NCBI GenBank assembly: GCA_963764625.1
Contig: CAVXTH010000005.1
Location: 192,001 to 256,000 of the forward strand
DNA length: 64,000 bases
Direction: 5' to 3'
From: Candidatus Krumholzibacteriota bacterium
GTDB taxonomy: Bacteria > Krumholzibacteriota > Krumholzibacteriia > JAJRXK01
The translations under genes were made by a program, and so were the position numbers. How positions within the stretch are numbered: position 1 is the stretch's first letter; every line of letters begins with the position of its first letter. Shown in pieces: positions 1 to 14,681 of this stretch. Below the pieces are notes generated by a model. The model was not told the origin of the DNA. It made no database searches and saw nothing but the letters and a program-made list of their open reading frames with translations.

Positions 1-267
1 GACCGGGACCTGATAGGTGGCCCCTCCGATCCGGCGGCTCTTGACCTCGAGCCCTGGCTGGACGTTCCGAAGAGCGGTACGGAAGACCTCAATGCCTTCC
101 TGCCCCGTGCGATCGGTCACGATGTCCAGCGATTGATAAAACATTCTCTCGGCCAGGGTACGCTTGCCCCGACGCATGAGATAATTGATGAAGCGGGTTA
201 CCACGACATCATTGTGCTTGTAGTCCGGAAGCAACTTACGCTTTTCAGCAGCTCGGCGTCGCGCCAT
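1..267 (-). CDS. rpsG: 30S ribosomal protein S7 (5' part; runs off window)
   Basis: Manual translation from ATG 267: MARRRAAEKRKLLPDYKHNDVVVTRFINYLMRRGKRTLAERMFY; GAGGAG SD; follows rpsL. Confidence 0.95.
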   Translation of the reverse strand, partial: MARRRAAEKRKLLPDYKHNDVVVTRFINYLMRRGKRTLAERMFYQSLDIVTDRTGQEGIEVFRTALRNVQPGLEVKSRRIGGATYQVPV

Positions 268-296
268 GTTCAGATACTCCTCAACGCTTCGTCCAG

Positions 297-671
297 CTAT
301 TGCTTGGGACGCTTGACTCCGTACTTGGAACGCCCTTTACGACGGCCGTCGACCCCCGAAGCGTCCAAAGTACCACGTACGATGTGGTAGCGAACGCCGG
401 GAAGGTCCTTCACGCGGCCTCCGCGGACCAATACGATCGAGTGTTCTTGAAGATTGTGTCCCTCACCTGGAATGTAGGCCGTGACCTCCACTCCGTTGGT
501 CAAACGAACGCGCGCGATCTTGCGCAGCGCCGAGTTCGGCTTCTTGGGCGTACTGGTATACACGCGCGTGCACACCCCTCGCCTCTGGGGACAACCCTGC
601 AGGGCAGGAGCTTTGCTCTTGCCAGTTCTCTTCTTGCGACCCTTGCGGATCAGTTGGCTGATGGTCGGCAA
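297..671 (-). CDS. rpsL: 30S ribosomal protein S12
   Basis: [10 protein letters not shown]...[10 protein letters not shown]...[10 protein letters not shown]; likely TTG start at 671 with GAGGA upstream. Confidence 0.97.
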   Translation of the reverse strand: MPTISQLIRKGRKKRTGKSKAPALQGCPQRRGVCTRVYTSTPKKPNSALRKIARVRLTNGVEVTAYIPGEGHNLQEHSIVLVRGGRVKDLPGVRYHIVRGTLDASGVDGRRKGRSKYGVKRPKQ

Positions 672-886
672 AGCTACCGTTCCTCTACTTCGATTCCCTC
701 GATCTTCGAACTTTCGAAACCGGGCCACCGCAAAGGTCGGCCCGTATCCATCCCTCTTCCATCACAAAAAATTCTCCGCCAAACGGCGAAGACCGGCCGT
801 AAAAGGACTTTCCTAAATCCTTTGGCGGCAACGTCTTGCGAGTAGCGCCGTCGGAGCGGCTCGTCCTCGCATAAACACGGACGAGT

Positions 887-915
887 AGTGTAGGGCGAAA
901 GCCCTACCATGTCAA
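887..915 (-). promoter_or_regulatory. sigma70-type promoter of str operon
   Basis: TTGACA(915-910)-17 nt-TACACT(892-887). Confidence 0.75.
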
Positions 916-964
916 GGTCGGCCTGACTGCCCATAGACCCCCCTCCACCCGGTTTTCCGGGGGT

Positions 965-5107
<4,143 letters not shown>

Positions 5108-5165
5108 CTGTGTCCTATCCTCCCCCGACCAAGAGGCCGTGGCTTCGAGGTAACTTGGTTGCGAC

Positions 5166-8100
5166 CTAGCTGTTCGATTCGAGCTGCACGTCGAGGCAAA
5201 GCGACTGCAGCTCCTTCATGAGTACGTTGAATGATTCGGGGATGCCCGGCTCGGGGGGATTCTCGCCCTTCACGATGGCCTCGTAAACCTTGCTGCGGCC
5301 GGTGACGTCATCGCTCTTGACCGTGAGCATCTCCTGGAGGCAATTGGCCGCGCCGTACGCTTCCAACGCCCAAACTTCCATTTCGCCGAAGCGCTGCCCA
5401 CCGAACTGAGCCTTGCCTCCCAGCGGCTGCTGGGTCACCAGGCTATAGGGCCCGATGCTCCGCGCGTGGATCTTGTCCTCGACGAGATGACTCAGCTTCA
5501 GCATGTAGATGTAGCCAACGGTGACTTTCTCGTCGATGGCGTTGCCGCTGCGTCCGTCGTAGACCACGGCTTTCCCATCGGTGGGAAGCTGGGCGTCCTG
5601 AAGGGCCTGCTTGATCTCCGCGATGGAGCAACCGTCGAACACCGGAGTCTGCGCCGAGAAGCCCATCTCGTGCGCCGCCCATCCCAGGTGCGTCTCCAGC
5701 AACTGACCCAGGTTCATTCGGCTCGGCACCCCGAGGGGGTTGAGCACGATGTCCACCGGAGTCCCGTCCGCGAGGTAGGGCATGTCCTCCTCGCGCATGA
5801 TGCGGGAGATGACACCCTTGTTCCCGTGGCGACCGGCCATCTTGTCGCCCACCTGCAGCTTGCGGCGGCGTGCGACGTAGACCTTGACCATCTTCACCAC
5901 GCCGGGAGGGAGCTCGTCTCCGCGCTGGACCCGCTCCACGTTCTTCTGGAACTGGACCTCGAGCTTCTCCAGCTCGCGATAGGCGTTTTCGAAGATGTTG
6001 CGCACCCGCAAATCGACCGCGGAATCGGACACGAGTTGCAGACCCCAGTGGATGCGATCGAAGTCGAGTTCTTCGAGCAGCTTGGGAGTGAACTTCGTGT
6101 TGGCGCGAACCAGGACATCGGCCGAGTCTGGGTCACGAATCTGCTTGGCCGTCTGCCCGTCCATCGTCCGCCGCAGGCGGTTGTTGCGAATGTCGCGCAC
6201 CTGCCGCTGCATGGAATTCTTCTTGCGGCGCAGGCGTTCGATCGCCTGCTTCTCGCTCTTCTTCGAGCGTTCGCCGCGCTCCTGACGGCCGAAGACTTTC
6301 ACGTCGATGACGGTTCCGTCCATGCCTGGAGGAGCCTTCAGGCTCGCATCCTTCACGTCGCCAGCCTTCTCGCCGAAGATGGCGCGCAGGAGGCGCTCCT
6401 CAGGCGAGAGCTCGGTCTCACCCTTGGGGGTCACCTTTCCGACCAGGATGTCGCCGGCCTTCACCTGAGCTCCGATGTAGACGATCCCCTCTTCGTTGAG
6501 GTTGCGCAGAGCTTCCTCACCGATGTTGGGAATCTCCCGGGTGATCTCCTCGACTCCGCGCTTGGTATCGCGCACCTGCAGCTCGAATTCCTCGATGTGC
6601 AGGGAGGTGAGTCGATCCTCCTTGACCATGCGCTCGCTCACGAGAATGGCATCTTCGTAGTTGTATCCGCCCCACGGCATGAAGGCCACCAGCAGGTTGA
6701 CCCCCAGGGCGAGCTCGCCGCCCTGAGTGGCCGGCCCGTCGGCGATGACCTGGCCTTTCGTGACCCGATCGCCCCGGCGCACGATGGCCTTCTGGTTGAT
6801 ACAGGTGTCCTGATTGGAGCGACGGAATTTTTGGAGATGGTGCTCGACGATTCCCTCGACGCAGAAGAAGTCACCGGTCTCGTCGTCTTCGAGATTGTCG
6901 TAGCGAACGACCACGTTGTCACCGGTCACCGATTCCACCGTGCCGTCGTCCAGGGCACAGACCACCGCGCCCGAATCGACCGCGACCTTGTGCTCCATTC
7001 CGGTTCCGATCAGCGGTGCCTCGGTGCGCAGCAGAGGTACTGCCTGCCGCTGCATGTTACAGCCCATGAGGGCGCGGTTGGCGTCGTCGTGTTCGAGGAA
7101 GGGAATGAGCGAAGCCGCGGCGGAGACGATCTGCTTGGGCGACACGTCCATGAACGCCACGTCCTCGGGAGCCGCCACAGGGAACTCGCCCTTGATGCGC
7201 GAGAGCACTCCCTCGCGGGCAAAGCCGCCCTTTTCGTCGAGCGGAGCATTGGCCTGCGCAATGACGAAATCGTCTTCCTGCTCGGCGGAGAGGAAAATGA
7301 TCTCGTCGGTCACGTGGCCGTTCTTCACTTTGCGGTACGGGGTCTCGATGAAGCCGTAGTCGTTGATGCGCGCCAGCGTGCTCAGACTCGAGATGAGTCC
7401 GATATTCGGACCTTCCGGAGTTTCGATGGGACACATGCGGCCGTAGTGCGTGTAGTGAACGTCGCGCACCTCGAACCCAGCGCGGTCGCGGTGCAAACCT
7501 CCGGGACCGAGCGCCGACAGACGGCGCTTGTGAGTCATCTCGCTCAACGGATTGGTCTGGTCCATGAACTGGCTGAGCTGACTGCTACCGAAGAACGACT
7601 GAATGACGGCGCTCACCGTACGCGCGTTCACCAGGTCGGCCGGAGTCAGGTTGTCCTTGTCGCTCAGGTTCATGCGCTCTTTGACGATGCGCGCCATGCG
7701 CGACAGACCGACGCTGAACTGATTGGAGAGAAGCTCGCCAACCGCGCGCACGCGACGGTTACCGAAATGGTCGATGTCGTCAGTTTCGTCGCGTCCGAGC
7801 CTGAGGTTGATCATGCTCTGCACGATGGCCAAGAAGTCGGCCGCGGTGAGCACTGTGACGTCCAGGGGCACGTCCAGACCCAGGCGGCGGTTGAGCTTGT
7901 GACGTCCCACCTCGGCCAGATCGTATTTCATCTCGTTGAAGAAGAGTCGCTCGAAGAGTGCGCGCGCGGCTCCCTCGTTCGGCGGATCCCCCGGACGCAG
8001 AACGCCGTAGATGCGACGTAGCGCCTCTTCCTTGGTCTCGGTCGGATCCTTGGCCAGCGTATTCAAGATGAGGCTGGGCTCGTTGGGACCGATCGCATCC

Positions 8101-8990
8101 TTCTTGATGAGTATGATCTCCTTGATCTTCTTCTCGGAGATCTCGCTCAGCGCCTCTTCGGTAAGCCTGCCTCCCGAGGCGGCAAGGGGCTCATCGTCCT
8201 CGCCCGCGTCGGGCGCGTAGACGTCGTCCGCCACGAAGCGACCGATCAACTCCGCGTAACGCTTGGCTCGAGGCGAGGGGACTTTGACCGTCTCCACCTC
8301 GTGGAAGAGAGCGATGATGTCCACGTTTCTCTCGAAACCGAGGGCGCGCAGAAGCACCGTGACCGGCTGCTTCCGCTTGCGGTCGATGTGCACGTACATG
8401 ACATCGTTGATGTCGGTGCTGAATTCCACCCAGGATCCCCGGTAGGGAATGATGCGCGCGTTGAACAGGCGCGTTCCGTTGGGATGGATCTCGTCGTCGA
8501 AGAAGACGCCCGGGCTGCGGTGGAGCTGACTGACGATCACCCGCTCGGCCCCGTTGATCACGAAGGTACCCTTCGAAGTGATCTGGGGGAGCTCACCCAG
8601 ATAGACGGTGTGCTCCACGATCTCCTTCTGCTTCCACTCGCTTTCTCCCTCTTCCTGCTCCCTGACGATGATTCTCATCAACACCTTCAGGGGGACGGAA
8701 AAGCTGAGACCGCGCTCCTGGCATTCCTCCACCGTGTACTTGGCTTCTCCGGTGACATAGTGGAGGTACTCCAGGGTGAGATGACCCCGCGTGGAGGTAA
8801 TGGGAAAGATGTTCTGGAAAACGGACTCCAGACCTTTCGGTTTCCTCTCCGCGATGGGGACTCCCACCTGCAGGAAATTGTTGTACGACTCCAGCTGGAC
8901 AGCTAGGAGGTTGGGCATCTCGAAGCTCGTCTCGATCCTCGAGTAATCCCTGCGACCAGTGACCGGATCTGTCTTGATATTCGCCGTCAC
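5166..8990 (-). CDS. rpoB: RNA polymerase beta subunit
   Basis: [43 protein letters not shown]. Confidence 0.99.
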   Translation of the reverse strand: MTANIKTDPVTGRRDYSRIETSFEMPNLLAVQLESYNNFLQVGVPIAERKPKGLESVFQNIFPITSTRGHLTLEYLHYVTGEAKYTVEECQERGLSFSVPLKVLMRIIVREQEEGESEWKQKEIVEHTVYLGELPQITSKGTFVINGAERVIVSQLHRSPGVFFDDEIHPNGTRLFNARIIPYRGSWVEFSTDINDVMYVHIDRKRKQPVTVLLRALGFERNVDIIALFHEVETVKVPSPRAKRYAELIGRFVADDVYAPDAGEDDEPLAASGGRLTEEALSEISEKKIKEIILIKKDAIGPNEPSLILNTLAKDPTETKEEALRRIYGVLRPGDPPNEGAARALFERLFFNEMKYDLAEVGRHKLNRRLGLDVPLDVTVLTAADFLAIVQSMINLRLGRDETDDIDHFGNRRVRAVGELLSNQFSVGLSRMARIVKERMNLSDKDNLTPADLVNARTVSAVIQSFFGSSQLSQFMDQTNPLSEMTHKRRLSALGPGGLHRDRAGFEVRDVHYTHYGRMCPIETPEGPNIGLISSLSTLARINDYGFIETPYRKVKNGHVTDEIIFLSAEQEDDFVIAQANAPLDEKGGFAREGVLSRIKGEFPVAAPEDVAFMDVSPKQIVSAAASLIPFLEHDDANRALMGCNMQRQAVPLLRTEAPLIGTGMEHKVAVDSGAVVCALDDGTVESVTGDNVVVRYDNLEDDETGDFFCVEGIVEHHLQKFRRSNQDTCINQKAIVRRGDRVTKGQVIADGPATQGGELALGVNLLVAFMPWGGYNYEDAILVSERMVKEDRLTSLHIEEFELQVRDTKRGVEEITREIPNIGEEALRNLNEEGIVYIGAQVKAGDILVGKVTPKGETELSPEERLLRAIFGEKAGDVKDASLKAPPGMDGTVIDVKVFGRQERGERSKKSEKQAIERLRRKKNSMQRQVRDIRNNRLRRTMDGQTAKQIRDPDSADVLVRANTKFTPKLLEELDFDRIHWGLQLVSDSAVDLRVRNIFENAYRELEKLEVQFQKNVERVQRGDELPPGVVKMVKVYVARRRKLQVGDKMAGRHGNKGVISRIMREEDMPYLADGTPVDIVLNPLGVPSRMNLGQLLETHLGWAAHEMGFSAQTPVFDGCSIAEIKQALQDAQLPTDGKAVVYDGRSGNAIDEKVTVGYIYMLKLSHLVEDKIHARSIGPYSLVTQQPLGGKAQFGGQRFGEMEVWALEAYGAANCLQEMLTVKSDDVTGRSKVYEAIVKGENPPEPGIPESFNVLMKELQSLCLDVQLESNS

Positions 8991-9171
8991 GCGCGATCCT
9001 TCCTCATGAGGGTCTCAGAGGTGGGAATGCGAACATTCTCTTCCGCTTCAGAGTTTTTCAGCCCTGGCGGGGTGTAGCTCAAAGGACATGCACGCCCGCC
9101 GGAGACGGATGCCCGCCTCCGGTACGTCGTGGGGATCCAGACGGACTTCCGGATGGATCCAATGCCCGTGG

Positions 9172-9570
9172 TTACTTGATCTCGACGGTGGCACCGACGG
9201 TTTCAAGCTGCCCCTTGATCTTCTCGGCCTCTTCCTTGGCCAAGCCCTCTTTGACGGGCTTCGGTGCGCCCTCGACCAGATCCTTGGCCTCTTTGAGGCC
9301 CAGTCCGGTGATGGTGCGCACCTCCTTGATGACCTGGATCTTCTTGTCGCCGGCCGCGGCCAGGATGACGTCGAACTCGGTCTTCTCCTCGACCGCTACC
9401 GCGGCGCCCGGCGCTGCCGCCATGGCAACAGGGACGGCGGCAGACACACCGAACTTGTCTTCCATGGCCTTGACCAGGTCACTGACTTCGAGAACCGTCA
9501 TGCTCTCGACCATCTCGAGGACCTTCGCCGCGTTCTTGGACAGCTCAAAGGTCTTGGTCTCTTCGCTCAT
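9172..9570 (-). CDS. rplL: 50S ribosomal protein L7/L12
   Basis: [10 protein letters not shown]...KIQVIKEVR...[13 protein letters not shown]. Confidence 0.98.
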   Translation of the reverse strand: MSEETKTFELSKNAAKVLEMVESMTVLEVSDLVKAMEDKFGVSAAVPVAMAAAPGAAVAVEEKTEFDVILAAAGDKKIQVIKEVRTITGLGLKEAKDLVEGAPKPVKEGLAKEEAEKIKGQLETVGATVEIK

Positions 9571-9701
9571 TATGCTTCGTTCTCCCGTTCTTTCTCACAT
9601 GGGGCATCCGGCGCCAACCGGAAGCCGGAATAGGATTGAGCTTTCGTGACGAACCAAAATGCCCGGGGTTCGTCGACCGGGGAAGCCTTTACGGAATTCC
9701 G

Positions 9702-10226
9702 TTAGGCGGCCTCGGCCTTTTGCTTGGCCACAGCGTCGAGCACACCAACCATCTTGCGCATGACGCCGGTGAGGCACCCCACCACACCGCTCATCGGGGC
9801 CTGCATGCCCCGCATCAGCATGGCGAGGAGCTCCTCGCGACCGGGAATCTCGGAGAGCGCCTCCACCTCTCGCACTTTCAACAGCTTGCCGTCGAGGTAC
9901 CCGCCCTTGATGACCAACTTCTCGTTGATCTTCGTGAAATCCACCACGGCCTTGGCCGGCTCGATGGCCGAATCCAGGCCGAAAGCGATTCCGGTGGGTC
10001 CCTTCAGGAGTTCGGTGAGGGCCGGGCATTCGGCCGCTTCGGCGGCGCGATGGGCAAGACGGTTCTTCACGACGCGGAACTCGACACCCCGCTCGCGGCA
10101 CCTGGCCCGAAACTCGGTGATCGACTCGACGCTCAGTCCGGTGAAGTCGGCCAGGACCAGCCCCGCGCTCGCGCGCATCTTTTCGCTGAGAAGCTCGACC
10201 TCGGCTGATTTCTCGGGTCTTACCAA
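9702..10226 (-). CDS. rplJ: 50S ribosomal protein L10
   Basis: DFTGLSV...FRVVKNRL...LKGPTGIAF; likely TTG start at 10226. Confidence 0.95.
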   Translation of the reverse strand: MVRPEKSAEVELLSEKMRASAGLVLADFTGLSVESITEFRARCRERGVEFRVVKNRLAHRAAEAAECPALTELLKGPTGIAFGLDSAIEPAKAVVDFTKINEKLVIKGGYLDGKLLKVREVEALSEIPGREELLAMLMRGMQAPMSGVVGCLTGVMRKMVGVLDAVAKQKAEAA

Positions 10227-10239
10227 TGGACTCGCCCCC

Positions 10240-10935
10240 CTACGCCTTGACCACTTTGAGAGCATCGACCTTGATGGCCGGCCCCATGGTGGTACTGATG
10301 TGACAGGACTGCATGTAGGATCCCTTCGCCGCGGAGGGCTTGGCCCGCTGCAATTCCTTGAGAATGCTCGTGATGTTCTCCGCCAGGGCCTGTTGACTGA
10401 ACGAGCGCCGCCCGACCGGACAGTGGATGTTGCCCGCCTTGTCCACGCGGTACTCCACGCGGCCGGCTTTGGCTTCCCCCACCGCCTTGGCGACGTCCAT
10501 GGTGACCGTACCCACCTTGGGGTTGGGCATCAGTCCGCGGGGGCCGAGAATCCGTCCCAGCTTTCCCACCTGGCCCATCATGTCGGGAGTGGCGATGATC
10601 ACGTCCACGTCGGTCCAGCCTTCCTGGATCTTCTGGATGTACTCATCGCTTCCCACCATGTCCGCGCCAGCGTCCTGCGCTTCCTTCACCTTCTCGCCCT
10701 TGGTGAGGACGAGGATGGTCACGCTCTTCCCGGTTCCATTCGGCAAAACGACGGTGCCGCGAACCATTTGATCAGCGTGACGCGGATCGACTCCCAGACG
10801 CACCGCGATGTCCACGGACTCGTCGAATTTGGCCGGGGGAAACTGGCCGATCAGCTCGAGAGCTTCTTCCAGGTCGTAGGCCCGGCTGCTCTCGACGAGC
10901 CCGGCACCCTGCGACCATCTCTTGCCTCGCTTCAT
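10240..10935 (-). CDS. rplA: 50S ribosomal protein L1
   Basis: [34 protein letters not shown]. Confidence 0.98.
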   Translation of the reverse strand: MKRGKRWSQGAGLVESSRAYDLEEALELIGQFPPAKFDESVDIAVRLGVDPRHADQMVRGTVVLPNGTGKSVTILVLTKGEKVKEAQDAGADMVGSDEYIQKIQEGWTDVDVIIATPDMMGQVGKLGRILGPRGLMPNPKVGTVTMDVAKAVGEAKAGRVEYRVDKAGNIHCPVGRRSFSQQALAENITSILKELQRAKPSAAKGSYMQSCHISTTMGPAIKVDALKVVKA

Positions 10936-10947
10936 GGGTCTCTTCCT

Positions 10948-11397
10948 CTATTCGCTTTCTTCCGGCAGGGGCTCGCCCTTGACGTCTATTCCCATGCTTC
11001 GCGCCGTGCCCATCACCATGAGCATGGCCGCTTTCAAATCGTTCGAATTCAAGTCGGGGGCTTTCAGCTCCGCGATCTCTTTGACTTGCTTACGGGTGAC
11101 CGACCCCACCTTGCCCCGGTTCGGAACTCCGGAGCCCTTCTCGATTCCCGCTGCCTTGCGCAACAGCACCGCGGCGGGAGGGGTCTTGGTCACGAAGGTG
11201 AAGGTACGGTCCTGGTAGACCGTGATCACGACGGGAATGATCATTCCCATCTGTTCCTTCGTCCGATCGTTGAAAAGCTTGCAGAAGTCCATGATGTTGA
11301 GCCCGTGCTGGCCGAGCGCGGGTCCAACCGGCGGGGCCGGATTGGCCCGTCCTGCCGGGATCTGCAGTTTGATGTTGGTCATTACCTTCTTGGCCAT
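10948..11397 (-). CDS. rplK: 50S ribosomal protein L11
   Basis: [23 protein letters not shown]; ATG 11397 with AGGAG SD. Confidence 0.98.
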   Translation of the reverse strand: MAKKVMTNIKLQIPAGRANPAPPVGPALGQHGLNIMDFCKLFNDRTKEQMGMIIPVVITVYQDRTFTFVTKTPPAAVLLRKAAGIEKGSGVPNRGKVGSVTRKQVKEIAELKAPDLNSNDLKAAMLMVMGTARSMGIDVKGEPLPEESE

Positions 11398-11455
11398 TAC
11401 CGTCAACTCCTGCGGCTTCTCATGCCGCCAAAAGTGCTCGCCGCCAGGTGCCGTC

Positions 11456-12112
11456 TCAGATCGACTTCACCTGCAAAAAATCCAACTCGACCGGAGTCTC
11501 GCGGCCGAAAATGGAGACCATGACTTTCAACTTGCCCTTGTCCGGGTTGATCTCGTTCACGATCCCATTGAAATCGCTGAACGGCCCGTCAATGACCTCC
11601 ACTGCGTCCCCCACGTTGTAGGGGATCTCCTGAATCGTCTTGTCCTCGGTCTTGTGGATGCGTCCGAGAATCCGGTCGACCTCTTCATCGCTGATCGCGG
11701 TGGGTTGACTCCCGCTTCCCACGAAGCGCGTGACCCCCGGAATGTTCGCGATGAAGTGCTGCGTCTCGTTGTTGAGCAGCATTTCCACCAGGATGTAGCT
11801 GGGGAAGAACTTCCGTTTGCTGGTGACGCGCTTGCCATTGCGCATCTCGGTGACCTCTTGGGTGACCACCAGGATATCCCCGAAGTACGGTTGCATCTCC
11901 TCGTTGGAGCGAATGGACTGCTCGATGTTCCGCCGGACCTTGTTCTCGTGCCCCGTGTTCGCATGGACGACGTACCATTTCAATCCAGCGGCGTGAGGGG
12001 CCGGCTGCTCCTCGGCGGAAGCCTCGGACTCGACGGCAGGGGCCTCTTGACCCTCGGCCTCCGTGGCCTCGAGCTCGTTTGCCCCCGATTCGAGCTGATC
12101 CTGATCGTTCAT
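11456..12112 (-). CDS. nusG: transcription termination/antitermination factor NusG (acidic N-terminal extension)
   Basis: WYVVH...[10 protein letters not shown]...KOW domain [19 protein letters not shown]. Confidence 0.97.
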   Translation of the reverse strand: MNDQDQLESGANELEATEAEGQEAPAVESEASAEEQPAPHAAGLKWYVVHANTGHENKVRRNIEQSIRSNEEMQPYFGDILVVTQEVTEMRNGKRVTSKRKFFPSYILVEMLLNNETQHFIANIPGVTRFVGSGSQPTAISDEEVDRILGRIHKTEDKTIQEIPYNVGDAVEVIDGPFSDFNGIVNEINPDKGKLKVMVSIFGRETPVELDFLQVKSI

Positions 12113-12137
12113 GACGAACCTTTGTTCCTTGGCTAAG

Positions 12138-12326
12138 CTAGGATTTCAGCAGCGTGCGCCAGAGCCAGTTGAAAATCTGATCGACCAGTCCGATGAAGAC
12201 TGTCAGCAACGCCGCGGAAGCAATCACTACGATGGTCGATTCCTTTAGCTCCTCGCGCGTGGGCCAGGTGATCTTGCCCAGCTCGACGCGTACTTCTTTC
12301 AGGAACTCACCGAAACGCTTGAACAT
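12138..12326 (-). CDS. secE: preprotein translocase subunit SecE
   Basis: FLKEVRVELGKITWPTREEL plus one TM; between tRNA-Trp and nusG. Confidence 0.95.
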   Translation of the reverse strand: MFKRFGEFLKEVRVELGKITWPTREELKESTIVVIASAALLTVFIGLVDQIFNWLWRTLLKS

Positions 12327-12377
12327 GATGCGTCCTGGCGCGAGAACCCCAACGAAGGCTCTCGCCACTGAGAGTAA

Positions 12378-12453
12378 TGGCAGGGGTGGCAGGATTCGAA
12401 CCCGCGGCCCTCGGTTTTGGAGACCGATGCTCTACCAACTGAGCTACACCCCT
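12378..12453 (-). tRNA. tRNA-Trp(CCA)
   Basis: AGGGGTGTAGCTCAGTTGGTAGAGC...CTCCAAA...GTTCGAATCC...CCA cloverleaf, 76 nt. Confidence 0.97.
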
Positions 12454-12470
12454 ACAGGCCTCGCTCGGGT

Positions 12471-12623
12471 CTAGCGTGTCTCTTTATGAGGCTTGTGCGC
12501 CCTACACCAAGAGCAGTACTTCTTATACACCAGACGGTCGGGTTGACGACGCTTGTTCTTGGTCGTGGTGTAATTGCGGCGCTTGCACTGCTCGCACGCC
12601 AGGATCACGATCTCCCGCGGCAT
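12471..12623 (-). CDS. rpmG: 50S ribosomal protein L33 (Zn-binding C+ form)
   Basis: Manual translation [50 protein letters not shown]; absent from the ORF track. Confidence 0.96.
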   Translation of the reverse strand: MPREIVILACEQCKRRNYTTTKNKRRQPDRLVYKKYCSWCRAHKPHKETR

Positions 12624-12723
12624 ATCCACGCCTCCCACGCTTTTGGATTGGACCCGATTGGATTAAGATCGGGCCCTCCAAGCAAGACTGTAGCAAACCG
12701 GGTCACTTCCTCGCGGAAGGCCC

Positions 12724-13917
12724 TTACTCGATGATTTGAGTGACGACGCCGGCGCCCACGGTACGGCCGCCTTCGCGAATCGCGAAGCGCAGTCCGTCTT
12801 CCATGGCGATCGGCGTGATCAAGTTGATGTCCATCGTCACGTTGTCTCCGGGCATTACCATCTCCCGTCCCTCGGGAAGCTCTGCCGTGCCCGTCACGTC
12901 CGTCGTCCGAAAATAGAACTGAGGACGATATCCAGTGAAGAAAGGTGTGTGACGTCCACCCTCTTCCTTCGTCAGGACGTAAACCTCACCCTTGAACTTC
13001 GTGTGCGGCGTCACGCTCCCCGGCTTACACACCACCATCCCGCGCTCCACGTCCTTCTTGTCCGTCCCACGAAGCAACAAACCCACGTTGTCCCCCGCCT
13101 GCCCCTCATCCAAAATCTTGCGGAACATCTCCACCCCGGTGCATACCGTCCGCTGCGTGTCCCGAATGCCCACGATCTCGATCTTGTCGCCCGTGTTCAC
13201 CCGGCCGCGCTCGATACGGCCCGTCGCCACCGTCCCGCGTCCGGTGATCGAGAAAATATCCTCCACCGGCATCAAAAACGGCTTGTCCAATTCACGCTGG
13301 GGAGTCGGCACGTAGGTGTCCAACGCCTCCAACAATTCGAAAATGCACTTGCACTCAGGAGAATCGGGATCCGAACTCTCCAAAGCCTTCAACGCGCTCC
13401 CCTTGATCAACGGAATCTCGTCCCCAGGGAACTCGTACACGCTCAACAACTCGCGCACCTCTAACTCCACCAACTCCAACAACTCCGGATCGTCCACCAT
13501 GTCCGTCTTGTTCAAAAACACCACGATGTACGGAACTCCCACCTGGCGAGCCAACAAAATGTGCTCCCGCGTCTGCGGCATCGGACCGTCCGCCGCACTC
13601 ACCACCAACACCGCCCCGTCCATCTGCGCCGCACCCGTGATCATGTTCTTCACGTAGTCCGCGTGACCAGGACAGTCCACGTGGGCGTAATGACGCGTCG
13701 CGCTCTGATACTCCACATGCGCCGTCGCAATCGTGATCCCGCGCTCTCGCTCCTCCGGCGCCTTGTCGATCTGATCGAACGGAGTGAAGTCCGCCAATCC
13801 CTTGGCAGCCAAAGTCTTCGTGATCGCAGCCGTCAACGTCGTCTTCCCATGATCAACGTGACCAATCGTCCCTACGTTCACGTGCTCCTTCGTTCGCTCG
13901 AACTTCTGACGAGCCAT
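12724..13917 (-). CDS. tuf: elongation factor Tu
   Basis: [28 protein letters not shown]. Confidence 0.99.
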   Translation of the reverse strand: MARQKFERTKEHVNVGTIGHVDHGKTTLTAAITKTLAAKGLADFTPFDQIDKAPEERERGITIATAHVEYQSATRHYAHVDCPGHADYVKNMITGAAQMDGAVLVVSAADGPMPQTREHILLARQVGVPYIVVFLNKTDMVDDPELLELVELEVRELLSVYEFPGDEIPLIKGSALKALESSDPDSPECKCIFELLEALDTYVPTPQRELDKPFLMPVEDIFSITGRGTVATGRIERGRVNTGDKIEIVGIRDTQRTVCTGVEMFRKILDEGQAGDNVGLLLRGTDKKDVERGMVVCKPGSVTPHTKFKGEVYVLTKEEGGRHTPFFTGYRPQFYFRTTDVTGTAELPEGREMVMPGDNVTMDINLITPIAMEDGLRFAIREGGRTVGAGVVTQIIE

Positions 13918-13982
13918 CGTGCGTCATCCTCCTGGCGGAATGGACCCAAGGTCCTCTGGTGTGCCTACCGTAGCGTGAAAGG

Positions 13983-14058
13983 TGGAGCCCACGAGCAGAC
14001 TCGAACTGCTGACCGCTTGCTTACCATGCAAGTGCTCTACCTGCTGAGCTACGTGGGC
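13983..14058 (-). tRNA. tRNA-Thr(GGT)
   Basis: GCCCACGTAGCTCAG...ATGGTAA anticodon loop...GTTCGAGTC...CCA. Confidence 0.96.
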
Positions 14059-14103
14059 AAAAACCCCCTGAACGACCTTCACCGTGAAGGTCGAGCTTCA
14101 TAA

Positions 14104-14180
14104 TGGAGCGGGAAACGGGACTCGAACCCGCGACCCTCAGCTTGGAAGGCTGACGCTCTAGCCAACTGAGCTATTCCCGC
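14104..14180 (-). tRNA. tRNA-Gly(TCC)
   Basis: GCGGGAATAGCTCAG...CTTCCAA...GTTCGAGTCCC...CCA. Confidence 0.96.
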
Positions 14181-14275
14181 CCAAGACTTCGTCACCTTCG
14201 TGGCAGGAAACCGACTGTCTGCACTAGCTTCCTGACTCTCGATACTTACCCTCCGCGTTCGCGAGGGAGCATCGG

Positions 14276-14361
14276 TGGTGGGGAGGGGAGGATTCGAACC
14301 TCCGAAGCAATTCAGCAACAGATTTACAGTCTGCCCCCTTTGACCGCTCGGGAACCTCCCC
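14276..14361 (-). tRNA. tRNA-Tyr(GTA)
   Basis: GGGGAGGTTCCCGAGCGG...CTGTAAA, long variable arm, CCA end. Confidence 0.96.
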
Positions 14362-14458
14362 CCACAGACCACGACGAGCCCCCTCCCCGGCGGCTCGTCC
14401 AAGAATGTTTGCCGGTTCAGCCAGGCGCGCGTCCCCGCGCAGCAAGATGGACTGAATC

Positions 14459-14534
14459 TGGAGCTGGCGAGAGGAATTGAACCCCCAACCGCCGCATTAC
14501 AAGTGCGGTGCTCTACCAGTTGAGCTACGCCAGC
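14459..14534 (-). tRNA. tRNA-Thr(TGT)
   Basis: GCTGGCGTAGCTCAACTGG...CTTGTAA...GTTCAATTCC...CCA. Confidence 0.96.
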
Positions 14535-14632
14535 TCTCCCAACTCCTGAAGACCAAACCCTCAAGCTAAGTTGTTGCTGGCAAAACACTTGAAAGTAGCG
14601 CCGCCTCTTTTCCAGCTCGCGGCAGAAGAAGG

Positions 14633-14662
14633 AATATAAGAGCCCCCCTGCCACTTCGTCAA
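14633..14662 (-). promoter_or_regulatory. sigma70-type promoter of tRNA-tuf operon
   Basis: TTGACG-18 nt-TATATT about 100 nt upstream of the first tRNA. Confidence 0.6.
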
Positions 14663-14681
14663 GTGAAAATACGAAAGGGCT

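Noticed and set aside
14079-14654. 191-aa ORF across the tRNA cluster
   Set aside because: Overlaps three clear tRNA genes; no protein features.
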